DNA from: Stegostoma tigrinum
Taxonomy: Eukaryota
Reading direction: 5' to 3'
Length of the DNA: 64,000 nucleotides
Assembly (NCBI RefSeq): GCF_030684315.1
Contig: NC_081363.1
Coordinates: forward strand, 51,526,312 to 51,590,311
The notes below the pieces were generated by a model. The model was not told where the DNA came from and did no database searches. It saw nothing but the letters and a program-made list of their open reading frames with translations. Below are positions 27,320 through 39,602 of this stretch, one piece after another. The number at the start of each line of letters is the position of its first letter. Positions within the stretch are counted from its first letter, which is position 1. The translations under genes and the position numbers were made by a program.

Positions 27320-28627
27320 CTAAAGGCTTGTATTTGCAGTCTCTGATTTGGGTGCAGTGGGCTCAGAAACAGTATCTGGTTGTCCATCTCTGCAGAAGAG
27401 CACAGCTGGGTTTTTACAAGCCCACATTGCAACATCTCCATTTGCAGGGCTGGAGGAAGACATCCTGCTGCCAGAGCCTTGTCGACTGATGTACTGATCC
27501 CTTATTCTGTCCACCCTACTCCTGGCCTCATGGTTCTGACTGGACAGGTATGCTGCTATGTTTCTAGTCCTGTAGCCATCTTCTCTGTTCCTGCCCAAAA
27601 GAATGGAGATGTTAGGGTTCCTGGTAGCATAGATGAGTGGATTGAGAGCTCCATTGGCCCATGCTAGCAAAATGGCTACAGTGTCCATGATAGGGGTGAA
27701 ATGGAAATTGCCTGTGGCAGTGATGATGCCCATGATACAATAGGGACCCCAGCAGCAGATGATGAAAACAATCATGATCAACACAGTTGTAGCTGTCCTC
27801 ATCTCACTGTAGAAGCGCAGTAGGTGGGCATAGGTGGTGACTGGGCGGACCCGGATCTCTGACAGCCTGACCGTCTTGCAGATGTTGTAGTGGCAGAAGC
27901 ACATCAGAGAGAAGGGCAGAAGGTAGCAGACAACAATCAGGATGATGCTGTAACTGGTGCCCATCCGGGAGCTGCCTGAGTGGAAGATGTACATGCAGTG
28001 GTAGAACCCCTTCTTGTGGACAACCATTGGACCATTGGCTTGGGCCATGAGATACCAGGGGAAAGAGAAAAGGACTGCAATCAACCAGACGGCAACCAGT
28101 AGCTGGGTGGCCCTGCGTCGCCCAATCTTCTCCTGGGGTTGCCTGACGATGGCATAGTAACGATCAAAGGAGATGAGCATCATGGTGAGGGTGGAGATTA
28201 TCCCAAAGCAAGAGTTGAAGAAGCCATTGGCAATGCAGAACCAGTCACCAAAGATCCAGACCCCCTCCTGTGTGAACAGCATGATGAAGGAGAAGGGAAC
28301 ACAGAGTAGAGCGGTCAGAAGGTCAGACAGAGATAGAGACATGATGAAGGCATTGGTCACTGTTCTGAGCTGCCGGTGTTTGACGATCATCACTATGACT
28401 GCTGAATTGCCCAGACAGGAGAGCAGGAAGATGAGCAGAAGGATGAGAGCTTTGGAAGCCATGGCCATGCCATGGAGCAGAGAGTTGGTGTCAGCCTGAT
28501 TGCTGGGTCGATCCTGCAAAGAGATCCTGGTTCGGTTGCCAATGATGGTGGTAACGTTGATGGTTGTGTCTGAGCTGTTGATCTCTGTGAGACTGTTGAA
28601 CAGAGGAAGCTTGGTTGAAAGATCCAT
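27320..28627 (-). CDS. GPR135: Orphan class A GPCR GPR135, single coding exon, 435 aa from first ATG (MDLSTK...)
   Basis: Seven hydrophobic segments; GN in TM1, SFDRYY, CCWGP, NPLIY; GPR135-type motifs [48 protein letters not shown]; adjacent to L3HYPDH as in mammals. Confidence 0.95.
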   Translation of the reverse strand: MDLSTKLPLFNSLTEINSSDTTINVTTIIGNRTRISLQDRPSNQADTNSLLHGMAMASKALILLLIFLLSCLGNSAVIVMIVKHRQLRTVTNAFIMSLSLSDLLTALLCVPFSFIMLFTQEGVWIFGDWFCIANGFFNSCFGIISTLTMMLISFDRYYAIVRQPQEKIGRRRATQLLVAVWLIAVLFSFPWYLMAQANGPMVVHKKGFYHCMYIFHSGSSRMGTSYSIILIVVCYLLPFSLMCFCHYNICKTVRLSEIRVRPVTTYAHLLRFYSEMRTATTVLIMIVFIICCWGPYCIMGIITATGNFHFTPIMDTVAILLAWANGALNPLIYATRNPNISILLGRNREDGYRTRNIAAYLSSQNHEARSRVDRIRDQYISRQGSGSRMSSSSPANGDVAMWACKNPAVLFCRDGQPDTVSEPTAPKSETANTSL

Positions 28628-31600
28628 TGGACTGAACAACACATCCGGGAAACGGGTAAGTCATCACTGACCCTGCTTTAACCATAATACAGAGGTCAAA
28701 TGAATTGGCTCTGATGGCAGGCGGATATCTACTTCTAGCTCAGCTTTTAGAGACTTGAACAGTGGAATGTTCTCGCCATTATCCCCGTGGTGTGCAGAAT
28801 TTCTGTGCATACCTTTCCACTGGTGTGTCAGTACCTCATTAATGCCAGAGGCAAGCCCCTACTATTTAGAGTATTGCCATTTTATTGAGCACTCTGGTAA
28901 TCAGAATAACACCAGTGCTGTGGGTTCACATCCTGTTCTGACATGAGGTAGACTTGGGACCTTCCTCCTCATCCAGCCCAACGGGGAGGCAATGAAAAAC
29001 CACCAGTGACAGAAACTGCCAAGAAAACAGTTCAGGATGAAGCATCAGCAGACAATGATGAGCCAAGGATCTGCCTTTGGGTAGAACACACGTGAATGAA
29101 TGAAGCATGATACAAAATAACAAGGCAACTTACATAAGTAGCTGGAGGTCCACGAACCTTCAGCTTAATCCCCTGCCCAGAGACATACAAAAAACAGAAG
29201 TCACATGACCAGAGAATCACATGACCATAGCCATGACGCAAATACCACCCACCTACAATGAAACTGCAAACTGTACCAAGGGGCTCCTGATGATGATTTG
29301 CTTTATCTTCCCCCTTTCTGTTACAGATTTTGTGATGATCGGCGAGCCCTCTCTGCTATCGTTAACGCCCTGAAATGTTTGACCATTGCGCGCTTTGTCA
29401 TGGGGAAGGAAGGCTGGTGTGAATATGAAGGTTTGAGCCGCCTCCCCACGTACTGAGCAGGAGGGGAGTGGAGGGAGTTACGGGCTGCACAGCTGGAATC
29501 GCAGAAACACGGTTTTGTCTCAAACGTTAGGCACTGATCCACGTTTTCTATCAACAGGCAAGACAGCTAGGGTGACTAGAAATGGCTCAGTAACACTGAA
29601 CCCCACTATTACAATGGGGGTGTTAACAATCTGCGATTTCTTCCCTGTGCTGTACTGCCACAGACAGCGCTTCTGATGTGACAGCAAACCAAATCTCTCA
29701 CGTCTGCTATTATTTTATGGTAAACTGAGTCGGTGTCTTTTTTAAAAAAAGTGATCGAGAAAAAAAAAGTGCAAGGGGCAAGCTTCGACCTTACACATTA
29801 ATAGACAAATAAAGACTGAAAACGTTAATCATGAAAAAGAGTGTCTCTTTGTTTAGTGAAACTGACAGGAACGCGTTAAGCTGCCAAGTAGGCGCATCCC
29901 CATAGTTTAAAATCTATTCCAAATGATTACAGACCTAAACAACGGTTCGAGGAAATATGCCAAACATGCTCAATGCTGTGGATTGCCAAAACTATTCACA
30001 ATCTTCAAATTATTCAGTCGCACATTTTTGTGGATGAAATACTGCATTTCGGTTTTGTTTGAAATTAACCGTTTGCATTGTCATGAGTAGGAAGGGGGAG
30101 TGTAATCACAGATGTAATTTAATGCTTGTAATAATTACGTACAAATGTTGATCATACCAATGAGGAGCTGGTGTGGACCATACTATGGGATCTACTTACT
30201 CCCATATTCCTTCATTACAGGAGAGGCGAAAAATCTGTCTATCCCGTTCCTAAATATATTCAACTGTGAAGTACCCACAATGTTCCGGGGTAGAGAATTT
30301 CAAAGATTTGTAATCTTGAGTGGGGAAATTTCTCCTTGGTCCTCTTTAACATTTCAAGCTTATGTAGTAGAGATCATATCCAGAAAGGTAAACAATCATG
30401 TTACCGGAAATATGGGCATTTTCAGAAACCAATTCAAATAGAAACTGACCTGGGTGAGGGAGTTGCAGTGGTTGAGTTAAACAGCTAGCACATGATGGGT
30501 TGAGTACCTGTTTCTATGTGATCGTTGGAAAGGTGTGCTAATGCTTGAGCTTCGCTACTCCTGGGTTCATCAAAAATGTTAATAATTTTAGCAACTTATT
30601 CATACGTCTCCATTATTTCTGTTTGATTAACTCGAGTGAATCTCAAGTTTCTGTACTTAAATTACTACTTATTGCAAAGAAATCAATGCTAACTATAGAC
30701 AAGCAAAAGTACAGATGATCGCTTTGTTAGCTGAAACTCTAACCTCTTCACCTCCAACCCCTACACAAGCAAAGGTGACAGTTATAGACCACGAAAATAA
30801 TATCAAAATGCCGTTCAATAGCATTCGATAAAAAGTCCCCTTCACTTCCTAAACCCTTGATCTTCAGGCTTATTCTTTGAGTTCTTTCAGATCATTACTG
30901 TAAACACAGTGTAACTTACACACAAACTTTCAGTCAATGGTGAGGGACAACAGCTCATATCAGCTCGTGAAAAAGAATACATGGCAATTTTCCAGGCTTT
31001 GGTTGCTTCACTGTACTGAGAGAGACCTGTTTCAGATGCAACCTGGAAGTTTCTCCACCTGTAACCCTAACACATTCTGTAACCTGCTGATGACTCATGG
31101 TCTCTCCAACTGCTCCCGATTGGTTTGGATAATTAGCCAATCTGTCCTTGAATGAGGTTTACTCTGTATGCACTCAGAATGCTTTGGATCTGAGCCACCT
31201 TCCCTATTACCAGAACAAGGCATTGGTGGAATCACGACTCGCGATGCCAGTTCTTACATGTGCAGCGACTGCTTCCACAGACCTTGGTTTACAGCAAGAT
31301 CCTTTCCCTAATTTGTACCTCAATCCAAATTAAAACAAAACAAAATATGTGATTTTACAATGAGAGAAAAATATTTTCTAATCCTAACTTTTGACATCTT
31401 CCACAGTTAGCATACCCTCCTGATTTTTTTTAAGTATGCTTGACCTTTTAGTGTTTATTTGCATGTCACTGGACAATTTTGCTGGGACTTTCAGGTTATT
31501 GGGTAGTCCCAGAACCTCGAGGGTCCACTGACTCGAACCTGGCTTTATATTTAAAATGCTATCTTTAGTTTTGTCTGAATATATAGTTAGGTTTATGTAT

Positions 31601-32187
31601 TTAATTGCAATGACAAGTGAATTATTTCACGTACATTGAGTAGGGTGAGAAAGAAAAAGTAAACAAATACAACATAGTTCAACAAGTGGAGTTGCTTAGA
31701 AACTCAGATCAATAATTGATAATCACAGAATTTTTTTACAACACAAATATAAGGTTCTTAGCATCAGAATTGGCTCTTTTAAATGAGCAACTCTCTTAGT
31801 GCCACTTGCCTGCCTTCTCCCTGTGATCTAGCTCATTCTTCTTTCTCAGTTAACAGTCTAATTCACTTTTGAAGCCCCAATTGAAATTGCATCCACGATA
31901 CACTGTGTATTCCAGACCAGAATCATTTGTGTGAAAGAAATTTCCTTGTGTCACTTTTGCCTTTTTTAATGATTACTTTAAATCTCTAATGGTATCTTTG
32001 AATAAATTGTTCTATTAGGTTTATAGTTTTAGAATAATGTAATAGTCAACAAGTGATTTATCGAAGGTCAGGAAACCACAGCAGTCCCAACAGAAGCAGG
32101 AAATCATCGTGTTCTGTCTCAGTTGATTGCAGTAATTTGCTCACTAGATTTTAGGCAGTGGCTTCTTAACTTCCCAAAATGATGGCT

Positions 32188-32305
32188 ATCACCTGACAAA
32201 GGGTCTATGCTCGGAAAGCTTGTGATTTGTGATAAACCTGTTGTGCTATAGCCTGGTGTCATGTGACTTCTGACCTTATTCACTCCAGTCCTGCACCAGC
32301 ACATT
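32188..32305 (+). mobile_element. Probable PLE 3' end remnant of a third family with degenerate hammerhead
   Basis: TCAC-CTGACAA-AGGGTCTATGCTC-GGAAAGCTT-GTGA layout. Confidence 0.5.
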
Positions 32306-32550
32306 CATATTACATTTTGAAAGCAACCACACATTTATGATTTTGGGCAATGCTGAAATTCTAAATTTGAAGGTGTTGGAGAAACTCAGCACGTCTGGTA
32401 ATGTTTGTGTCAATACACGAACAGCACAGCCGTTTTGAGTCCAATATAATTCATCTTCAGAACTGAAATGCGAAAGTAATGGTCTTTCGCTCTATTCGCT
32501 AAGACAGTGTGCATTGTACCTCTTTAAAAAAAGTGAGTAATGAGAATTTC

Positions 32551-32750
32551 TGAGATAGTAGGACCTGCAGATGCTGGAGAAGCTGAGACAACAAGGTGTA
32601 GAGGTGGATGAACACAGCGGGCCAAGCAACATCAGAGGAGCAGGAAAGCTGACGTTTCGGGCCTAGACCCTTCTTCAGAATATCAGCTTTCCTGCTCTTC
32701 GGATGCTACTTGGCCTGCTGTGGTCATCTAGCTCTACACCTTGTTATCTC
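32551..32750 (-). mobile_element. Fold-back PLE pLTR insertion
   Basis: Inverted arms; TSD TAATGAGAATTTC at 32538-32550 and 32751-32763. Confidence 0.9.
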
Positions 32751-34565
32751 TAATGAGAATTTCAGCTTTTCATTCTGCTATGGCACTAATGGAAACCTCA
32801 TGAAAAGTTATGACCTATTCAAATAGTTTGTAATAGGAAGTGAAGAATAAAATTGAATAGAATACAGAATTTATCTTGATAAATTACTTTTGTAGTTGTC
32901 GAAGGATGTTATGTGATTCTTTTAAAATTTAAATTGAGGAAAAAAGGTGAAAGTATTTTCTTGTCTACCTCATCTTTTCTGTATGTTTGAATTTTTAGTT
33001 TGTTTCACTTTTAAAATATTCATTTTGGTGTCTTTGTTTCCCGGTTAAGCATTTATGAAAATCCCTTAATGTGATTTGCTGCTTGGACAGTCTAATGATA
33101 TTGCTCCATTCTGAAAATACCCCACTGAAGATCATTATGATCTGTACAATATTACTGCATGGTGATAAAGCTGAAATTCTCACCAAAAATTTGTTTGCTC
33201 TATGTGATATTTTACTTCAAGGCCAGCAGCAAATGTCCTTGCTTTGATGATGACTACCAATTCCAGACAATGTGTATTTTGTATGTGGAGTCCACGCTTA
33301 ATTGAATATATCAGTTACTTATGTAGGTGGCAGTGTATTGGGAATTTTCAAGGCTGAAAGCATTTTCTAAAGTGACAAGAAAATGTTTGCAAATTCTGAT
33401 TGCCATTATTTAATAATTGTTCAAAAAGCTTTTAACTTCCATTTTTATTTTGCAACAAATCTCAAAAAAAAAACTTATCAACTGTATTAGTGTCTTAGTG
33501 TTTAAGCTAAGATTTGGACTTAATATTTTTGCCCAAAGCTGTGACATTAGACTTTTGAAATTGAACATGGAAGTGGAATACAATAGCAGAGGAATCTAGG
33601 GACAGAGGTAGACAAATCACAAAAAGTAGCAATGATGGTAATGAGGCCATTAACAAATGAACCAAACATTTGGAGTTCACTTCCACAGGATAGAATCGAG
33701 AAACTGAGAAGTTATGATTAGACTACATTTGGCAGGACTGCAAGCAATCTTGGCCTGTTTGTTTATACAAAAGGATTAGAGATGCTGCAGAATGTGCAAA
33801 AAGGATTGTCTCCAATGATGTCAGAGCTGAGAGATCATTATTGAAAAAGACTGCAGCTTTCTTCTCCTCAAAAGAGTAGCTTGAGATTCTACCTGATATG
33901 GAAGGATTTACTGAACAGAAAACGTAAATGAAATATTTCCACTCTGGGGAAGGGCGGAACTAGGAGCTAGAAAGTATATGCAGTATACTAATGTACTTGT
34001 GAACCAGTAATGCTTTGTTGCTGTAGTAGTATTCATCTAGCTAAACTGAGAATTTTTCTTTAATATCTAGCAAATCCTTTCTTCAAGTTATTTTGAAAAG
34101 TAAAACAGACTTTCTGAATAACCAATCGCAGACTCTGCAAACAATTAATTATATACATTAGGTTTGTGGCTTAAACAAACTTAGCAATTTATGAGTGATG
34201 CAATTACTTTAACACAGCAAAATTAAACAACAAAGTAATTTAATTGATGTTCTATGATTTAAACCTAATAACCTTTGTTTTTGGTTTTAGCCACACAAAT
34301 GTCAGACAAACAGACACAGTTAAGAGATGAGTAAAACAAACTAACAAATTTGACCAGATTACTTTAAGCAATTTTCATTTGTGCTGTTCCATAGGCATAT
34401 ATGATTTTTTTGAAGACATTGATCAATGCCACCTTTTCCAGTTCATATGATGTAGTATGTATGGATTTGTATATGATACAACAGATAATATCATACAGAT
34501 CAAAACCAGAAATGACACTATAGCAGACCAGGCAATATAAATTCCAAGCGGAGTAGAATAGCACC

Positions 34566-34690
34566 GCTTCATCAGAGGGTCTATTGATGATGTAATCTAG
34601 CATGGTGATGAAACATTTGAACAGAAACAAACCAGCTCAGCGAGCAAGTCAACAACCTCAACACAGTCCAAAACCCAGCTCAAAACTCTG
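34566..34690 (+). mobile_element. Degenerate copy related to the 5125-5479 family
   Basis: Shares CCAGCTCAGCGAGCAA and TGATGATGT..CTAG.ATGGTGA.GAAA with 5366-5430. Confidence 0.65.
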
Positions 34691-36653
34691 GCTTCTCCCT
34701 GTCAGACTAACCGTCTCCCTACAAGTCCCAGTTACCACTCAATATCTGCCCTCTGCTTGACCATATCTCTCCCAGTCTTCTGGAACCAACTCCCAGGTAG
34801 AACCTTTGATCCAGAACCAACCTGTAATTAATTTCCAGGTCTGACCTCACAAGCAAACAATAGTCTAAAGGCTATTTTCAGCTCACCGTTCTAAACCAAA
34901 ACGGTTAAAAGAATGAAATAAAAATAATGAAAAGTCAGTAAGGGTTTTAACAAATGCAATGTGGCTCCATGTGAAAAAAAAACACAATATTCTGAGTGTT
35001 TGTAAAGAGTAACTAGCTGACAAAACTTTTTCAGCAGCTCTAGCAGCATTTGTGAAGGAAAAAAATCAAGTTAACATTTTGCGTCCGGTGACCCTTCCTC
35101 AGAACAAAGTTTCAGTGATCCTAATGTGCTTACAATTGTCCATTGTATCTGTGTTGGATAGTTTGTGCTGAAAACAAGGCTCCTATGTTAAAAGTTCATG
35201 GACAGGCAGTCTTTGGCCATCCTTGTCAAATTTCGCCACGTACCAGTGTATTGAGAATTTCTCTAAATCATCATCTGTGAGATTAGAATACTAAGAATCT
35301 GTTCCCCAACAGATTTATTGGAAGTGTGACCAATGGTTCCAGCCATGGTGCTGCAGAGATGCAGATAAACGGAGGAGGAGCAGGGAAGCCAGCAAACCTG
35401 GGGGCCACAGCATTCTCTTGTGGCTATGAACAGATGCCACATGAAGAGCTCGCAGCTGAAGTATCCCTCGGGATGTGGAAGAGATACAGAAGGTCTATAC
35501 AGAAGGTCTAGAGTCTTTTATCCTCAATGCCATTTTCTTCCAGATGAGTGTGTTAGCTGCTGAAGTGGGACATGTGACCTGAAAGAGTGGGTCGCCATCC
35601 TATCCCAAAGGCCATCCAGCTGACATCTGCACTACATTATTTTATGCAACTGCCTGCATTGAAGGATTCATGCGCCCATGTGGAATCTTTTGATCTTTGA
35701 CTGAATATATCAAGTCTGATATGTGAGATATCATATTATCGGTCTCTTTACTAACTCACTCACCAGCTTGCTATATTTGCTAATACTGCATTCCCATTGA
35801 TTCATAACCCTTTACTAACTCGTTGTTTACTGTAAGATGTTTTCACTCATTCATTCATAAAACCATGACTTTTGTCGTGCATTTTACTATTGCAAGATGG
35901 ACTAAATTAAAACATTCCTTCCTCAGTCATTACTGTTTCTTCACAGCTTCAACTCTTATCAGATCTATTTACATCAAAAGCTACCTCTGAATAAACATCA
36001 AAGACTAATCATCCCTCACTGCCGTAGATCCAAAACTATGGAAAGATTATAATATTAATCAGGCCCTTGGTAACCGTCTCTCGGGACTGGAATAGGTTGC
36101 AGAGCATCCTCTGGTAGCATATACTGTTAAATGCATGTTGAATATGGCCTTTATTCCCTTTACGAAAGTTACGATCAAAACAGCGCTTCTGTGAAATTGT
36201 ATGAATGAATGAAATTCACCAGCAAATAGTAAACAATCTCATGATCCAGCTGCGGTAATTAGTTTAATATCCTTTATACTTTTATTCAGTGTATGTATCA
36301 TTTCTAACTTATTTAAATCATATAGGTCTAGTATTTTTACTAACTTAAGAGGTGTTAGTCCTTTTATCTTTTAATTATGCAAATTGACCATACACACACT
36401 CTAATCCAAGTAGCAGCAAGCACTTAACAAATGTACAATTGATAAAATTGTGCACCACCATAGTGATAGAGCTTTGATATATGTAAGAACCGTGCTTTGG
36501 GATTCTAACGCCGCCTCAAATTGTGCTACTACGGATACTCAATAAAGAGGCTATTTTTGCTACTCACTGATTTCGGTCATTATTTGAAATACGATCCTAC
36601 AGATATCTACGCAATTTGTGCCAGATCACACCACTCCATCTTGCTTCTCCAAG

Positions 36654-38574
36654 ATGAAGTTATTGATGCATTCTGACAGTAAGGTTTACAAACAAAGGTG
36701 ACATCTCCCAGGTACTGAGTGCTCTAGACTGCATTGAGAGTACAAGCATATGGACGTACATGGAATAGTGTAGGTTAGATGGGCTTGAGATCGGTATGAC
36801 AGGTCGGCACAACATTGAGGGCCGAAGGGCCTGTACTGTGCTGTAATGTTCTATGTACCATAAGGCAGACTTCATTAACATTAAAGGGTTCCATTCCATA
36901 ATATACAAGCCATTTGTGATAGCTCCTTGGAAGCTGCCATGATGCTTATATCCTTCAGAACGCACATTCCCGTCTTGTTTCAAGTTCCGAATACCTTACA
37001 CAGGTAATGTGTGTAAAGTGATCCTTGTGGCCACAATTACAATGATTGTCAATTAGGCAGGTAATGATGTAAAATAGCAATGCATTTATGCATGAGAGCT
37101 AGTACTTGTGAAGTGCTACACCTGTCACTTTCTGTTAAAAGCTCATTTTCTTTTATTTTTCTCCTACAAAGTGTACTGTGAAGGGAAATTCCTGGCTGGC
37201 AGCATTCGGCCTGACGCACGACTGGGTTTTAAGTATGGAATCGATAGGTCCTGGCAGTGGTAAGTACTTTCACTGCATAGAGATATGGTACATATGAAGC
37301 AAAATGAATTGTGTAAACTTGCATGAGAAAATACTAGAGCTGACCGTCCATTAAACTTCTCTAAAATTATGCGTAGCCAACTTTTAGTATAATTAATGAA
37401 CTCAATGGGTAGCAGTTACATTTACTGTATCCTTTGCCACACTGACACAATAATTGTTAATGTAGCGACCTCATTCAGAGTTTGTGTGTCTGACTACACA
37501 TTAGAAAGCAGTATGTTCGAGTTGCCTTGAAGCCAGTTTCCTTCAGCAGACAGGTTCAAAGGGCTACAGACCTACTCCTATTAGTTCCCAAACATTGAGT
37601 GATTAGGTTTTTGGTTGCCCCTTCTCCCCAAAGACAGTCACTTTCTTTTTTTAAACCTCATTGTCTGGCCATATTTCATTGTGAACCAGTAAACGATCAA
37701 GCTGTAGAGGACAATAGAGCTAAAACTGAACCTATCTTTACCCAGTGTTTCATGTATAGATGCAGTCCTGTACGAATTGATGTGCAGTTATTAGCAACTA
37801 CAGTTTGTATTTATATAGCACCTTTCACATTGATCATGCCTTGGGCATTTTACAAACAAAATTTGACACCTTGCCACAGAAGGGCATAGTTAGGATAGGT
37901 AAACAAAAGCGTGGTTAAACAAATAGGTTTTAAAAGTAATTTTTATTGTGAAAGGTGGAGAATTTTATGAAGGAAATTCCACAGCTTAGGGCTCAGGCTG
38001 CTCAAAACATGAACAATGATGCTCTCTCTATCAAAATTAGGAATGTGCAAGAGACCAGTACGTTTTCACTTTATTAATCGAGGATTCTATAAACAACATA
38101 CTCATTTGGTATGAAACCTGTAATCTATTGGTCGACGCAACACTGAACTGACAATTTTACCTGTGAAGCACTTGATGATATTTGAACATTTAACAGAAGT
38201 ATCAGAAGATTTACCCCATGTGAAATTCTGTGTTCAACTTGTATTGTTATACCTTTGAATTGTAATGTTAATTGTTCTCCTGTTTAAGGTTATGCCAATA
38301 TATTACTGAATGGCTTTATCAAAATCCATCTATGTCCAATAAGAAAGCAGGTTAGTATTGAGCAAATTTATAAATGAGATTTTGATTTATTAGAAGCTTT
38401 TGAATAATGTTATAACTATTTTGACCATATACTACGCCTAAATATGGTTTTCTACTTGTCACAGCATTTCAATCTCAATATGAAGCTGATTCTCAATACT
38501 TTGGACAATATGCGACCAATTTTATGGTTCACTTAATCTGGCTTTGTATTGTACAGGCAGTCCCTGGGTTATGA
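36654..38574 (+). other. Candidate 5-exon small gene of unknown family (109 aa)
   Basis: Exons 36654-36678, 36959-37003, 37172-37259, 38289-38350, 38465-38574; canonical AG/GT, compatible phases, ATG-to-TGA 330 nt; AATAAA 38765-38770. No homology recognised. Confidence 0.35.
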
Positions 38575-39476
38575 ATGTTCAGAAATTGATTTGTATGCAA
38601 GTCTGAACAAAATGCAGGACATTATAAAGTTGCTGCTCAAAAGTACAGGAAACGTTAAATTTGAGAGCCCTGTGCAGCAACCATCATAAATATCATATCA
38701 CAATATCCAATTCTAATGCATTTAGTTTTGCAATGTACTTTATTGTTCTCCAAAGCTTTAATTAAATAAAATTAAATCAAATATCACAAATAACTTTGTA
38801 ACAGATTGGCCAGATTTGCCAGCATCAGACTCAAATTAAAATCATACAAAACAGACATCTAATTTACCTAATAGTGAGATACAGAATTATGCATAATAGA
38901 TTAACAATGATTAAACGTTAAAACTAAGTTAATAGAAATTTCAGGTTATAACAATTTTAAAAAGTTTGTGGTGATCCGAGAAGGCAGTGATTTATAGATC
39001 CTATGTTTTCATACATCGTCAGATGTTCTGATTAATAACTTCAATAGAAGCATAAGTATATTGTGATTCAAAGCCATTAGAAATATTTTGCAGACTAGCA
39101 TCTTTGTCTGCCTACACTGTATCCTCACAATTAACAGTGCACAGAGTTGCATTGCATGATACACTTAAGTACAATTAACGCCATTAACAGGAAAGCACTT
39201 TGTTCAGACTGAAATACCAGATAGATTTACTCAGTATGAAACATTTCTGGTGTGAAATACGTAATTGGTTCATGGCACATTGTAAATATTTAACTCATGA
39301 TTAACCATTACTAAACACATGACACAAACAATTATACAAGAATAACTCAATGCCATCGAGATAATAAGATTCAAATTAAGAATGCTAAATTGCATTTAGA
39401 AAGATGGGAAGTTTAGAAATTAATGTTTTTAAAATACCCGTTTGATTCTTAATGACAACTGACTTTTTAAAAATTC

Positions 39477-39602
39477 TTATCGGAGCAGAAATCCATCTTT
39501 CAGATCATCATCATCTTCCACATAAAAACTTGCTGTTCCTGTGTAATGTGCTTGTCCTGATATTTCCACTATAACAGCTTTAAAATCGCCACACTTAGCT
39601 TC
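39477..39602 (-). CDS. L3HYPDH: L3HYPDH exon 5 (terminal)
   Basis: CCTAG acceptor; EAKCGDFKAVIVEISGQAHYTGTASFYVEDDDDLKDGFLLR*; five exons total 1038 nt = 345 aa + stop. Confidence 0.93.
   Translation of the reverse strand, partial: EAKCGDFKAVIVEISGQAHYTGTASFYVEDDDDLKDGFLLR

Noticed and set aside
28628-28642. GTG start extending GPR135 by 5 aa
   Set aside because: Alternative-start call of the ORF track; the first ATG at 28627 is the plausible eukaryotic start.
35312-35720. Frames interrupted mainly by TGA, suggesting selenoprotein readthrough (also near 8690-8790)
   Set aside because: No recognisable SECIS or selenoprotein motif; TGA excess is expected from CpG decay.
38552-38580. TA-CAGGCAGTCCC resembling a Tigger/pogo TIR
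   Set aside because: No matching second TIR found; it could weaken the last codons of the candidate gene but is not supportable as a feature.
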